Source: Candidatus Babeliales bacterium (lineage in GTDB: Bacteria > Babelota > Babeliae > Babelales > JANWKD01). Taken from it: 64,000 nt of DNA. Positions 40,013 through 50,055 of this stretch are shown here, in pieces. Every line of letters begins with the position of its first letter. Positions within the stretch are counted from its first letter, which is position 1. The translations under genes were made by a program, and so were the position numbers. The notes under the pieces were generated by a model. It was not told where the DNA came from and ran no database searches. It saw only the letters and a program-made list of their open reading frames with translations. Location: assembly GCA_963722075.1 (NCBI GenBank), contig CAVRJM010000001.1, positions 1,216,001-1,280,000 on the forward strand, read 5' to 3'.

Positions 40013-41815
40013 TTATTCGGCTTGGGAATGGTCACTATTTTGGGTTGCTTGTTTTTTCCATAAGCGAGCATAAAGACCGTCCTTTTTAATGAGTTCTTCA
40101 TGGGTACCTTGCTCCACAATAATACCGTGTTCCAGCACTATAATAGAATCAGCATGGGTTACCGTGGAAAGGCGATGGGCAATAATCACCGTGGTTGATC
40201 CAGCAGAAATTTCCTCTAGATTCTTTTGAATTTCCCGTTCCGTTTTAGTGTCTAAGGCAGAAGTAGCCTCATCAAACACATAAATAAGGGGCTTCTTTAA
40301 TAATACACGAGCGATGGCTACGCGTTGCTTTTCACCGCCTGAGAGTTTAAGCCCCCGCTCACCAACAACTGTTTTTAAGCCTTCGGGTAACTGTTTAATA
40401 AACGTATCAAGATGTGCTAAATAAGCAGCATGTTCTATTTCTTGGGCAGTGGCGTCAGGGCGCCCGTAGGCGATATTGTAATAAAGCGTATTATTAAAAA
40501 GAACGGTATCTTGAGGGACAATACCAATCAATTTTTGTAATGATTGTTGGGTAATAGTGCGGACATCATGCTTATTAATTAAAATAGAACCGCCCGTAAC
40601 GTCATAAAATCGATATAATAACCGTGCAATGGTCGATTTGCCTGACCCACTGGGGCCTACAATTGCTACTGAAGAACCAGCAGGAACATTAAAGGAAACA
40701 TTTTTTAAAATGGGCCGTAAGGGATTATACCCAAAGCTTACTTTGTCAAAGATAATTTCAGCATGATTTGTTTTAAGGGTAATCGAATTGGGTGCATCGA
40801 CTATTTCGGGTTTAATATGGAGCATAGCAAAAATATTCTCCATATCAGTTAATCCTTTGCGAATTTTACGTAAAAAATAGCCAAACCAACTTAATGGTTG
40901 AACAAATTGTAAAAGATATCCATTAACTAAAATAAAATCCCCAACATTCATGGTGCCATTTATGACGCTATTTCCTGAAAACCAGGTTAAAATAATAAGT
41001 CCGGTGCCTATAACGACGCCTTGTATTAAATGAACCGATTCAGAAGCAACATATTTCTTTGTGGTGGCATCTTCAACTTCTTGTAATAGCTGATCCACTT
41101 GCTGACGTTCAAATTCTTGGTTGCCAAAATATTTTACGGTTTCAAAGTTTAAAAGGCTATCAACGATACGTGCTTGCGCTGAAAAATGCTTTTCATTGCT
41201 TATGCGCTGTACATTTGCTGACCATTCAGAACCAATAATGCTAAAAGCGGTATAAATAACTAAAATAATTAATAAAATGAGTCCATAGAGGCTGCCATAA
41301 AATGACCATAAAATAGTAATGGCAACTAAAATTTCGATAATGGTTGGAATCAATGATAAAAAGAGACCCCAAAAAATATCAGGAAATGAATCTTGTGCTC
41401 GTTCAATAGCGCTGGTAATGGCGCCCGTACGGCGATCTAAATGGAAACGCAATGAAAGGTAATGAAAATGCGCAAATATTTTAATACTAATTAAATGAAT
41501 TGCATGTGACATTACCCTAAATAAAACTATTTCTCGTAATTGAAAGGTAATCTGGCTCAATAGCCATAAAAAGCCATATGACAATAATAATAGTTGTATA
41601 TAAACGGGGGCAGCTTGAGCAGTAAAGAGGGTGATAATTTTTTTTAATATAAGCGGCACTGAAATATTTAATACCATAGTGGTGATAATAAAAAATATGG
41701 AAATAAAAATACGTAATCGTAAATGCCAACTATGGGTCCATAAATAAGGGAATAATTGCACAATTATTTTTAATGGGCTTCGCTGAGATTGTTTTTTAGA
41801 AAGTAATCGAGTCAT
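40013..41815 (-). CDS. ABCB transporter, ATM1/HMT1 type (fused TMD and NBD)
   Basis: LRFHLDRRTG, DSLLNFETVKYF, GPSGSGKST, LSGGEKQR and DEATSALD motifs. Confidence 0.93.
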   Translation of the reverse strand: MTRLLSKKQSQRSPLKIIVQLFPYLWTHSWHLRLRIFISIFFIITTMVLNISVPLILKKIITLFTAQAAPVYIQLLLLSYGFLWLLSQITFQLREIVLFRVMSHAIHLISIKIFAHFHYLSLRFHLDRRTGAITSAIERAQDSFPDIFWGLFLSLIPTIIEILVAITILWSFYGSLYGLILLIILVIYTAFSIIGSEWSANVQRISNEKHFSAQARIVDSLLNFETVKYFGNQEFERQQVDQLLQEVEDATTKKYVASESVHLIQGVVIGTGLIILTWFSGNSVINGTMNVGDFILVNGYLLQFVQPLSWFGYFLRKIRKGLTDMENIFAMLHIKPEIVDAPNSITLKTNHAEIIFDKVSFGYNPLRPILKNVSFNVPAGSSVAIVGPSGSGKSTIARLLYRFYDVTGGSILINKHDVRTITQQSLQKLIGIVPQDTVLFNNTLYYNIAYGRPDATAQEIEHAAYLAHLDTFIKQLPEGLKTVVGERGLKLSGGEKQRVAIARVLLKKPLIYVFDEATSALDTKTEREIQKNLEEISAGSTTVIIAHRLSTVTHADSIIVLEHGIIVEQGTHEELIKKDGLYARLWKKQATQNSDHSQAE

Positions 41816-41879
41816 ACGTTTTTCCTTAGTAGGTATTGTAATGAGTATAACTCGTAAGCAAGAGAAACAACAATGTTAT

Positions 41880-42179
41880 TTATTGATTAGAGTTTTGACC
41901 TGTATTTGGGGTAATAACATTTCTGACCGCTTCTTGATAAGGAACTCTTCCTTCTAATTCCGCGTCTTTGATTTTTTGAAAGTACTCCATTGCTTCAACC
42001 TGTTTATCGACGGGGATTAAATGATATTGATCTTCAAGTTCCGGGATTTTACTGAATCGTTTTGCTGATTCAGGACGATCGGGAGAACGAACCACGTATG
42101 ATCTTTTTCTATTAATGATGGCGATGATGTATGAAAAGGTGAATGCTATCATCATTAAAAACAGTAGTTTTTTTGTCAT
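41880..42179 (-). CDS. Small hypothetical protein with N-terminal hydrophobic segment
   Basis: Likely start MTKKLLFL. Confidence 0.55.
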   Translation of the reverse strand: MTKKLLFLMMIAFTFSYIIAIINRKRSYVVRSPDRPESAKRFSKIPELEDQYHLIPVDKQVEAMEYFQKIKDAELEGRVPYQEAVRNVITPNTGQNSNQ

Positions 42180-42310
42180 GATACAATCGCTTTGCTCGAA
42201 TAGAAGTTGAAAATAAAACGTCGTTACGATCCGCCCCATACTAAGATTTGGCGAATATGTCTTTGCCAAAACAATCCAGCTTAATATTACATCAATAAAG
42301 TGAATATTAT

Positions 42311-42487
42311 AGCCTGGAGCCGCCTTCGCTAAATCCAGCCGTCGCTAAAGCTATGGCGGAGTAAACAGCTTCGACGCCCAGGTCCCCACGACGCCTTGTT
42401 CGCCGAAACCTATAGGTGAAGACTGGATCGGGACGACGATGGTCGAAAACAAAAGAACGTCGTTGCGAGCTTGTCGAAGCAATCCAG
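42311..42487. repeat. Composite, nested REP/RPE-like element
   Basis: CCGCCTTCGCTAAA / CCGTCGCTAAAGCTATGGCGG units nested inside a CTGGA..GGGACGACG..CGTCGTTGCGAGCTTGTCGAAGCAATCCAG element. Confidence 0.75.
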
Positions 42488-42558
42488 GAATATTTTAAAC
42501 ATCGATGACTTATTACTAATAACAATAATAACTAAAAACAAACACCAAAAACAATGCT

Positions 42559-42813
42559 TTAACTGATTAATTGAGGTAATTCTTGCAAGGCTTCTTGAAA
42601 CGGCATCACGGTAATACCGTCATGGTATTCTTTATGAGAACCTAAAAGCAAACAATATAATTTTGCTTGTGGGTAATCTTGGGCAAATTCTTTAAGGCAT
42701 TGGGCGTAATGCACAATAAACACCAGCATCAAAAAAATAGAATTTTTGATGCTGGTGTTTATCGTTTGGCTCGATGAGTAAAAGGAAAAATTCTATTTGC
42801 TAGTAGTAAGTCA
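42559..42813 (-). pseudogene. Remnant of an AAA-ATPase/DUF4143-type gene
   Basis: Minus-strand fragments DLLLANRIFPFTHRAKR*, HQKFYFFDAGVYCALRP and LKEFAQDYPQAK...LQELPQLIS* in broken frames with an internal deletion. Confidence 0.7.
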
Positions 42814-42846
42814 AATTTGTTGGATTGCCTATCAAAAATTTAAAAT

Positions 42847-43251
42847 TTAATTATCAAATGCTGATTTGTGGCCATTATATTGGAATGGGCGGTAAATGCC
42901 ATATGCCATATCATCCCATATTTCATGAGCTCTTTTTTCTATATGAGGGTAAATATGGTTATAATAAAACCTATCAGGTGATTGGTTGGTTTCGCCTACA
43001 TATCCTTCAATCATGAATCGAACTTCTCTTTGAATTGCGCGTGTTACATACTGATGTGATACCCAGGCATTGTTCTTAACAGCTGCTTTGGCAGTCATCC
43101 CTGCGTCCTTTACACACTGATCGATAATAGGTTTGAATTGGGTTACTCTGTTTTGTAAGATTTCTAATGAGCTACCATAGGGTAGGATAGTTGCAATAGT
43201 TGTGTTAATTAATAAACAGATAAAAAGAAGTCTTTTTAAAGATATAAACAT
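42847..43251 (-). CDS. Secreted hypothetical protein
   Basis: Start MFISLK with AAAGGA RBS; signal peptide. Confidence 0.65.
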   Translation of the reverse strand: MFISLKRLLFICLLINTTIATILPYGSSLEILQNRVTQFKPIIDQCVKDAGMTAKAAVKNNAWVSHQYVTRAIQREVRFMIEGYVGETNQSPDRFYYNHIYPHIEKRAHEIWDDMAYGIYRPFQYNGHKSAFDN

Positions 43252-43482
43252 TGGATTGTTCCTTTCATAGCTCCTTTTATAATAACAATATATCACAATA
43301 TTAAAATTTGTGAAAAAGGCTATTGGAACAGTGTTCTCGCTAAAGTCATAATTTCCTAAACAATTGCGATTTAATGCTTGTTATAATTGAATAATTGACA
43401 TATTTTCTATTAATTGTATATTTGAATATATCTAGGTAATCAAATCGAAATCTTACAATAAAAATGAAAATGAAGGTTACAT

Positions 43483-43969
43483 ATGGTTAAGTTCAAGGTT
43501 CGTATTAGCTTATTTTTGCTATTATTCATCTCTCTTTTTTCTAATACTTTTGCCATGTCGCGCTTAGGCGTGCTGAATATTTTCCAGCAAGGAATTAAGA
43601 AAATTATACCTTATAAATACACAATTTGTGCTGGAATAGGGTTAACTGGGGCAGGAATTATAGGTTATTTATTATATAACAAGTTTTATCAGTCCATAAT
43701 GCTAAAACACATTACTTATACGTTAAATTTAAATATGCCTTATGAATATGGTAACGGTTATTTTTATACAAAAAGCACAGATCTCTTTAAAGGCAAACGT
43801 GAGGAAATTACCTTACAAAAATATATAAGTGAGTGTGACTATATTAACGTAGTTTTAAAAAAACAACATGAACTGGATGAAATTGACTGGACATTTAGAA
43901 ATCAATTTTATGGACGATATATAGACAATGATAAAGAGCCATCAGATGACTTTCATCTGCACTATTTAA
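43483..43969 (+). pseudogene. Secreted hypothetical protein truncated by IS insertion
   Basis: The ORF runs into the IS left IR at 43970 and stops inside the element. Confidence 0.7.
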
Positions 43970-45116
43970 CAGGACTTACGCATTGGTCGAAAGTTCTGAT
44001 TGGGACTTGAAATAAATAAAAAAGGGTGCTTCAATTTTGTGAATTAAACAACAAAAGCAAAAAAGAAGGACACCCGAAATGAGAATAACAAATACAAATG
44101 AAGAATCAAGCACACCAAAATATGTAATGGGTTTATTAAAAACAACGGCACGAAAAGTTTGCACAAATATTTCTGAAACACTGGGAATAATGCATGATGT
44201 GCTCAATAGGGAAGTTGAAAAAGCAGCCCAGAATGCAGCAGAAATAACAAGCTCATTACAAAATGTTGCTCTAGAAAGTCTTAGCAATTGCGAAAGATAT
44301 TTGATAATCGATGATACTCCCGTAAATAAGCAATATGCTAACGATATTGAAGGATTAGAAATTGTTTATGATAGTAGTGAGAAAAGATCAGCTTTGGGAT
44401 TACGGTCTGTAATTGGCATGATCACTGATACCAGAGTAAGAATACCGATTGATGCGGAGATTATGATAAGCAAAGTATTTGGAGAAACCAATTACAAGAC
44501 AAAAAGTGAAATTGCTTACATTATTATAGAGCGTGTTCTAGGATCAATTCGGTTTAATTGGTTAATTGCAGATGCCCATTATGCGACTGAATACCTTCTG
44601 CCAAAGCTTTTTAACAGGTCAATAAAATTTCTGATGAAAATTCCCAGAAATCGCGTTGTTACTATTAACAATAAAACAGGACAATTGCAAAAAATTTTAC
44701 GTTTGAAAAAAAATAACAGATTTGCTTGTGGATACGGCACTATTTTTGGTCTTTCCTGTTATTTCTATGTGTTAAAAATTGATAAGGAAAAAATTATGTA
44801 TCTTATCAGTAGCCATCAGCTCGGCAAAGAGAAGCTAATTTCTACATATAAGATTCGTTGGCAAATTGAATGCTTCAATAGAACTGCCAAACAACTTCTT
44901 GGATTCAGCGAATGCCAAATGCGTTCTTTTAACATGCAGCGTGCGCATTTACTTTTCGTGTTATGGGCTTATGCTTTAGCCGACATAAGGCGGGTAAAAG
45001 ATAATTTCGACAATACTGAACAAGCTGTCAGATCCTTTCGGGTCGCAAAACCCCCTACACCATCTAGTTTATTTTATGCTTTTAAAGAGAACTCTTATGC
45101 TCTTGCGTAAGTCCTG
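43970..45116 (+). mobile_element. IS element (same IR family as 4355-5480)
   Basis: Perfect IRs CAGGACTTACGCA / TGCGTAAGTCCTG; no target duplication visible. Confidence 0.92.
44079..45110 (+). CDS. DDE transposase
   Basis: IIDDT, IADAHY and YKIRWQIECFNRTAK motifs; stop codon inside the right IR. Confidence 0.9.
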   Translation: MRITNTNEESSTPKYVMGLLKTTARKVCTNISETLGIMHDVLNREVEKAAQNAAEITSSLQNVALESLSNCERYLIIDDTPVNKQYANDIEGLEIVYDSSEKRSALGLRSVIGMITDTRVRIPIDAEIMISKVFGETNYKTKSEIAYIIIERVLGSIRFNWLIADAHYATEYLLPKLFNRSIKFLMKIPRNRVVTINNKTGQLQKILRLKKNNRFACGYGTIFGLSCYFYVLKIDKEKIMYLISSHQLGKEKLISTYKIRWQIECFNRTAKQLLGFSECQMRSFNMQRAHLLFVLWAYALADIRRVKDNFDNTEQAVRSFRVAKPPTPSSLFYAFKENSYALA

Positions 45117-45240
45117 TGAGGAGTAGAATTGATCGAAAACAGGTAAAAAACATATTTGGCTCCTTTTTTAAAAATATATGAATATAATTAACATGATTGA
45201 TGAGAAAAAAGATAGCATTGAATAACTGCTAAGGAAAGTT

Positions 45241-45492
45241 ATGGATTTTGAAAAACTAAAACCATTTTCTATGCAAGCGCAATCGCTGCAAAAGGGAAAG
45301 TACCGACATTATAAAGGGGATGATTATGAAGTTCTTTTTGTGGGCCGCCATACTGAGACGTTGGAAGAGTTGGTGGTATACCGTGCTTTATATGGTTCAT
45401 ATGACGTGTGGATACGGCCAATAACGCTTTTCTTTGAAGATGTAGAATTTAAAGAGGCAATAGTGCCGCGGTTTGAGCGTATTGGTGAATAA
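45241..45492 (+). CDS. DUF1653 family protein
   Basis: YRHYKG..YEV...HTET.EELVVYRALYG...WIRP..F. Confidence 0.9.
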   Translation: MDFEKLKPFSMQAQSLQKGKYRHYKGDDYEVLFVGRHTETLEELVVYRALYGSYDVWIRPITLFFEDVEFKEAIVPRFERIGE

Positions 45493-45500
45493 ATTATAAG

Positions 45501-45839
45501 TTATCTTCCTCGTTGCATTGCAGCGGCATAACCAAATTCATTAAAATACTTTTGCCAAAATTCGTCAGTAAAAGAATATTGATTATCGTACATGAAGTAA
45601 TCAATGAGGCATTCACGAGTGCGCAGTATTTCTTTAAGTCGTTTTCTATTTTTAGGATCAGCAATTGTTAAATCTAACAATTCAATTACTCGTTCAAATG
45701 CAGATTGGCTATATTGAAGATCCCCTTTTTTTCTCCATTGGATTGTTCGCTCAACATCGCTCCCAATATTTGCTAATTGTTCCATAAGAGAGAACTTAAA
45801 CCATCTGCCGGCTGCTAAGGTAGGATGATATACTTTCAT
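45501..45839 (-). CDS. Conserved hypothetical helical protein (partner of DUF5674-like gene)
   Basis: GRWFKFSLMEQLANIGSDVER...KEILRTRE; overlaps the stop codon of the upstream gene. Confidence 0.75.
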   Translation of the reverse strand: MKVYHPTLAAGRWFKFSLMEQLANIGSDVERTIQWRKKGDLQYSQSAFERVIELLDLTIADPKNRKRLKEILRTRECLIDYFMYDNQYSFTDEFWQKYFNEFGYAAAMQRGR

Positions 45840-46176
45840 TTAATCACCAATTTATTAACGATAGTAATTATTTTTTTTCGAATTATTGGATCATCAATGT
45901 AACGGCTTCTATTATTTTGCGAAGGCCGAATATTTATCATAGAATCAAATTCTATCCAATCTTCAGAGGTTTTGAGGGGATAAATATTTATCCCCCAGAG
46001 ATTTTCTTGTTGAGAGCCCATTTCTAATAGGAGTTCTTCTTGATCTGCATGAAGTCTGCATCAACAACCATGATTTCTTTTTCAATATCAACAACAGCCT
46101 TTACCAAGTTGTTAAACATTTTGGATGCCATTGGCTTTAATTCTTCTAAGGAAATAGGTTCCTTGACAATATGCAT
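45836..46176 (-). pseudogene. DUF5674-like protein with a 1-nt frameshift near 46055
   Basis: MHIVKEPISLEELK...VKAVVDIEKEIMVVDAD then, in a shifted frame, HADQEELLLEMGSQQENLWGINIYP...EFDSMINIRP. Confidence 0.75.
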
Positions 46177-46738
46177 AGACCCTCAAAATATTAAATATTT
46201 TAAATGCTCTTTAATTATACTACCGTTTTTATAGATTGTCTTGAGTATGCAATAGGTGGGGTTCTATAAGATTTTTATTATAAAAAATCAATCACTAGCA
46301 AGTACTACAAAACAGCAATAGCATGCTAAACAGGGAGTCATTAAGCATTTAGTGAATTTTTAACAAAAACAATAAGCGTCTTCATTTCTCCCAACAATTA
46401 CTGCAATCTCGCTGGGAATCGAGTGGAACATCTACTAAATTCTGCTGGTCTTCATTTAATAATTGTATTGTTACATGATTACTTTTATTATCCATCCCAT
46501 ACATTTATATATAGGAAAATAACATTACAAACCAGAAAAGTTTTTTTTGCATAAGCTTCCTTTCTTTAAATTTCTGACCAATCTAGTAATCGATTAATGG
46601 ATTTGTCAGAAAAAATATCATAAAAACAGGTTAGGAGGCAAAAAATATAAATTATCGTTTTCCTTCATTTTTTATTTTTTTATACTTGCTTTTAGAATTT
46701 ATGGTATAAAATTCTGCTATTTCTGATATTAATAAAGG

Positions 46739-48001
46739 TTAGTTGATTTGGCCCATAAATTGTAACAAGTTAAGCCACTGCGAATCTTGGGCAAAAGTCG
46801 TTTTATAATAAGAACTATCAATAACATTGTATGGAAGATATATCGAAAGCCCGTACGCATTGTTTCTTGATTTAAATCCGCCACAATGAGCCACTGCCAT
46901 ATGAGAAACGGTTTCGTAAAAATCGTTAAAAGCTTTTTTTAAATGATCATCGTAATATTCTAATGGTAATTGTTCTTCTACTAATTTGATGAATGCAACC
47001 ATATCGGTATACATTGGCCACATGCAAAAGCGAGGAGCTCTATTGCATGCCTGTTCTAGGATTGGTTTAATTTCAGGAATTTCAAGTAATAAAGTAAGTA
47101 CCGCATCAAATTTTTCACGAACTTGATTTACTACTGAAAGATCTACGGCGGCATGGGTATAAACTCCTGATACATCATTTTTTGTGTAATAAGAATCAAA
47201 AGCTTTTACCATCTGTGCAGCTAATTGAGCGGGTGAGGGATTAGAATTTATGAAACTAATGATTGGTTCATAATTAAACCCATCGCGTAATGAACAACTT
47301 TGGTTGCCTACTAAATAGTGTGCATAGGGAGCACATTGATAGGCAATTTCAACCATGGCTCCCATGCAGGTATCAAAAGCAAGGATATCGATTTTTTTGC
47401 CATTAAGAATGTTTTGAGTAATAAATGCTAAGCTTTTTATCAATTTTTTATTTGTAAGATATTGGTGAGCATTGTCGTTAAACATAAAGCCGCGATGATT
47501 TTTATGTTCTTCTAATTGCTGAACAAATGAACGCTTAATGCTGCAGGGGCCTTCAATAGGGCATGAGTTATTGCTTGCATTATGTACCGATTCCCATTGT
47601 TCTGATTCAGTATTCCATATGGGATCTAAGATGCCCCAGCCATGATTAGATAAAATGAGCATGGTGTGTTCTGCGTCGTCATTTTTAAATGCCCATTGAG
47701 CTGCATTAATAAAATCATTAAAGGGATTACCGCTTAAATTAACTTCTTCAATAAAATGTAAATTATTATTGCTGATGCGGTATCGTAGCCCTGCATTATA
47801 ATAGGCATGTACCTGAATAAGAAGTTCTATGGAATCATTTGGGTTGCCGCGCATCATATCAGTGATATTTTTAATTGCCATGTCACTCAAATCATCACTT
47901 GAATCCATGTAAATAAAAATATTCCAGGAATGTGCTATTAATGGATTGTAAGTAAATGATGCGATAATCAATGCAAGAAAGAAAATAGATGTGCGATTCA
48001 T
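46739..48001 (-). CDS. Clostripain-family (C11) cysteine peptidase, secreted
   Basis: Signal from MNRTSI; WNIFIYM, LILSNHGWG (His), LAFDTCMGAMVE (Cys) and GLSIYLP motifs. Confidence 0.88.
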   Translation of the reverse strand: MNRTSIFFLALIIASFTYNPLIAHSWNIFIYMDSSDDLSDMAIKNITDMMRGNPNDSIELLIQVHAYYNAGLRYRISNNNLHFIEEVNLSGNPFNDFINAAQWAFKNDDAEHTMLILSNHGWGILDPIWNTESEQWESVHNASNNSCPIEGPCSIKRSFVQQLEEHKNHRGFMFNDNAHQYLTNKKLIKSLAFITQNILNGKKIDILAFDTCMGAMVEIAYQCAPYAHYLVGNQSCSLRDGFNYEPIISFINSNPSPAQLAAQMVKAFDSYYTKNDVSGVYTHAAVDLSVVNQVREKFDAVLTLLLEIPEIKPILEQACNRAPRFCMWPMYTDMVAFIKLVEEQLPLEYYDDHLKKAFNDFYETVSHMAVAHCGGFKSRNNAYGLSIYLPYNVIDSSYYKTTFAQDSQWLNLLQFMGQIN

Positions 48002-48177
48002 AATAATTCTCCCTAAAAATTTATCCCTATCCAAATAAATATAATTAATGATGTAAATTTTTCTCAATAAAATGTTATTTTCCACGGCATTCATACAGCT
48101 GTAAACGTTTGATCTTACCATATAAAAATGGTAAATCTTGAAAAGTTGAATTCAATTTTTGTTTAAAGGGAATAGTA

Positions 48178-48882
48178 ATGCACAAACACAAACATACAAT
48201 TATATTTTTGTTTTCAATTTTTTGTATCTTTGAATCACTATATTCAATGAAATGTAATCGGAAAAAAGTTTTTGCGATGGTGTTTAATTCAGTGCAACAA
48301 AACCGGTCATCAGCCAATCTTTTTAGGCCATTATGTCATTATAATGCGATAGCAGAAAATGATTTAAGTATAAGTCAACCATATAGAACATATTCAACTA
48401 ATAATGAAGAAAATATACCTGAAGACCCTTATATTTCTTTTTGTACTGATCGAGAACTATTAAAAGAACTTATTGATGCTCGACTAAAAATGGTAAGAGA
48501 ATTTAATAATGAACGTATCCAGGCTCATTCGGATGGGCTATTTGATTTATTCCTAGGAGGAGTGTTAGTTATACCAGCTTTTGGATTAGGTGATCTTCTA
48601 ACAGAATTTTATAGCTGTTCTTTATCGTTAAGTTGCCCCCTAAAATCTATTTTGGCTCTTATAATAAGTTCTCCGTTTGCTGCATTTGACGGAGCGCTTT
48701 TAGGCGGATCGGCATTTTGCATTTTGGCTGGGATATATTGGACAACCAAACCGTTTATTTCAATTCCTGCGGAAATTAAAGCACGATCAATTGCGCGTCA
48801 AGCAGTTAAATCTCAAGAAAAAAAGCTAAAAGAAAAAGCAAAATTACTTGGTTTATCTGAAAACGCAATAAAAACGAAATGA
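48178..48882 (+). CDS. Hypothetical secreted/membrane protein
   Basis: Signal plus YSMK; two to three hydrophobic segments. Confidence 0.65.
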   Translation: MHKHKHTIIFLFSIFCIFESLYSMKCNRKKVFAMVFNSVQQNRSSANLFRPLCHYNAIAENDLSISQPYRTYSTNNEENIPEDPYISFCTDRELLKELIDARLKMVREFNNERIQAHSDGLFDLFLGGVLVIPAFGLGDLLTEFYSCSLSLSCPLKSILALIISSPFAAFDGALLGGSAFCILAGIYWTTKPFISIPAEIKARSIARQAVKSQEKKLKEKAKLLGLSENAIKTK

Positions 48883-48914
48883 TGTAACATTATTTTCCCT
48901 AAAAATTTATTTCC

Positions 48915-49394
48915 CTATACAGCTCTTGGCCAATTCCCGTGACCAAGAGTAAGACTTTTTCTTTCATGAGATTGTTCTTCATTATTATTCTCTTGTATAG
49001 ATTCGCTATCTGTTGATATATTTTTATAAATTATAAATTTTGCTGTTGCATAGGAAACACCGATTGTTGATAACCCCCATAAAAAACCAAGTAAGCCCCT
49101 ATAGGTCGTATAAAATGATTGGCTGTTTTGAGCTTCACGACATAAGCATAATTCTAGCTTTCTTATATCGTACGTATTATTAGAGTTATATGTTAATGTT
49201 TGTTCGATAGTTTCTTTGTATGGTGCAAGATTAAAATAAGAAGTTACAGAAGTTTCTTTTCCACCAATAAAAAATTTATTCGTAAAAAAATCACCGGCCT
49301 TATCAGCTTTTACTGCTCTTTTAAAAATTCGATGCATGCCAAAATTAGTGCTGAAAGATATTATAAGAAGCAATAGCAAAAATAGTTTATTCAT
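48915..49394 (-). CDS. Hypothetical secreted/membrane protein
   Basis: AAAGGA RBS; signal plus FGMH; one TM segment. Confidence 0.65.
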   Translation of the reverse strand: MNKLFLLLLLIISFSTNFGMHRIFKRAVKADKAGDFFTNKFFIGGKETSVTSYFNLAPYKETIEQTLTYNSNNTYDIRKLELCLCREAQNSQSFYTTYRGLLGFLWGLSTIGVSYATAKFIIYKNISTDSESIQENNNEEQSHERKSLTLGHGNWPRAV

Positions 49395-49472
49395 GACCGT
49401 CCTTTTTAGTTAGATCTTAATGATATTGAAGATACTGTAGCAAATAATAATTTAAACTACAACGCGACTTAT

Positions 49473-49901
49473 TTATTTCTGCCAACCATGTTCAGAATAG
49501 ATGATATTTTGCTGAATCATCTCTAATGCATGTCGATGAGCAGGGACCATATTTTCAGGCAATTTATCTAATGAAAACCATTGCATATCATCATGACGAT
49601 CGGGTTCATTATTACATAAGTTGCCATTCCATTGCGATACGGTAAAAACACAAGCAAAAAATTCAGGCTCATTGCATTTGCGATACATTACATGAATAAA
49701 TTCCAAATCATCGTGGTTAATAATTAAGCCAAGACTATTTTTTGCTTCGCGCACTAGAGTATCGCGTGCGGTTTGGCCTACTTCTATTTGCCCGCCAGGT
49801 AATGAATAACAATTGTTACAAAAAGGTGTGTTGATTCTTCTGAGTAAAAGAATTTCATGATTAAGATTAAATAAGAGTAAGAGTGCAAAATTTGGAAACA
49901 T
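49473..49901 (-). CDS. NUDIX hydrolase
   Basis: LPGGQIEVGQTARDTLVREA (degenerate Nudix box) and NNEPDRHDDMQWF. Confidence 0.85.
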   Translation of the reverse strand: MFPNFALLLLFNLNHEILLLRRINTPFCNNCYSLPGGQIEVGQTARDTLVREAKNSLGLIINHDDLEFIHVMYRKCNEPEFFACVFTVSQWNGNLCNNEPDRHDDMQWFSLDKLPENMVPAHRHALEMIQQNIIYSEHGWQK

Positions 49902-50055
49902 ATCTTTTCTTTAATTAATTATCGTTTAAGTAACACTATATATAAAATTCTTATTTAAAAATCAAAATAATTTTTTTAAAACTTCCTATACATTTCTATT
50001 GTTTCTATTAGACTCGAAACAATTGCGGTGATTTACTTTAACATAAGGGGTTTTT

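Noticed and set aside
42307..42525. ORFs 42307-42525 and 61574-61768
   Set aside because: They are translations of palindromic repeat elements
4355..45116. Composite transposon bounded by the two CAGGACTTACGCA-type IS elements
   Set aside because: The transposases are very divergent, the first IS has its own target duplication, and the interval holds core genes such as rpsA
46240..46735. 500-bp AT-rich gap as possible ncRNA or gene remnant
   Set aside because: No recognisable motif, stable structure or convincing ORF by eye
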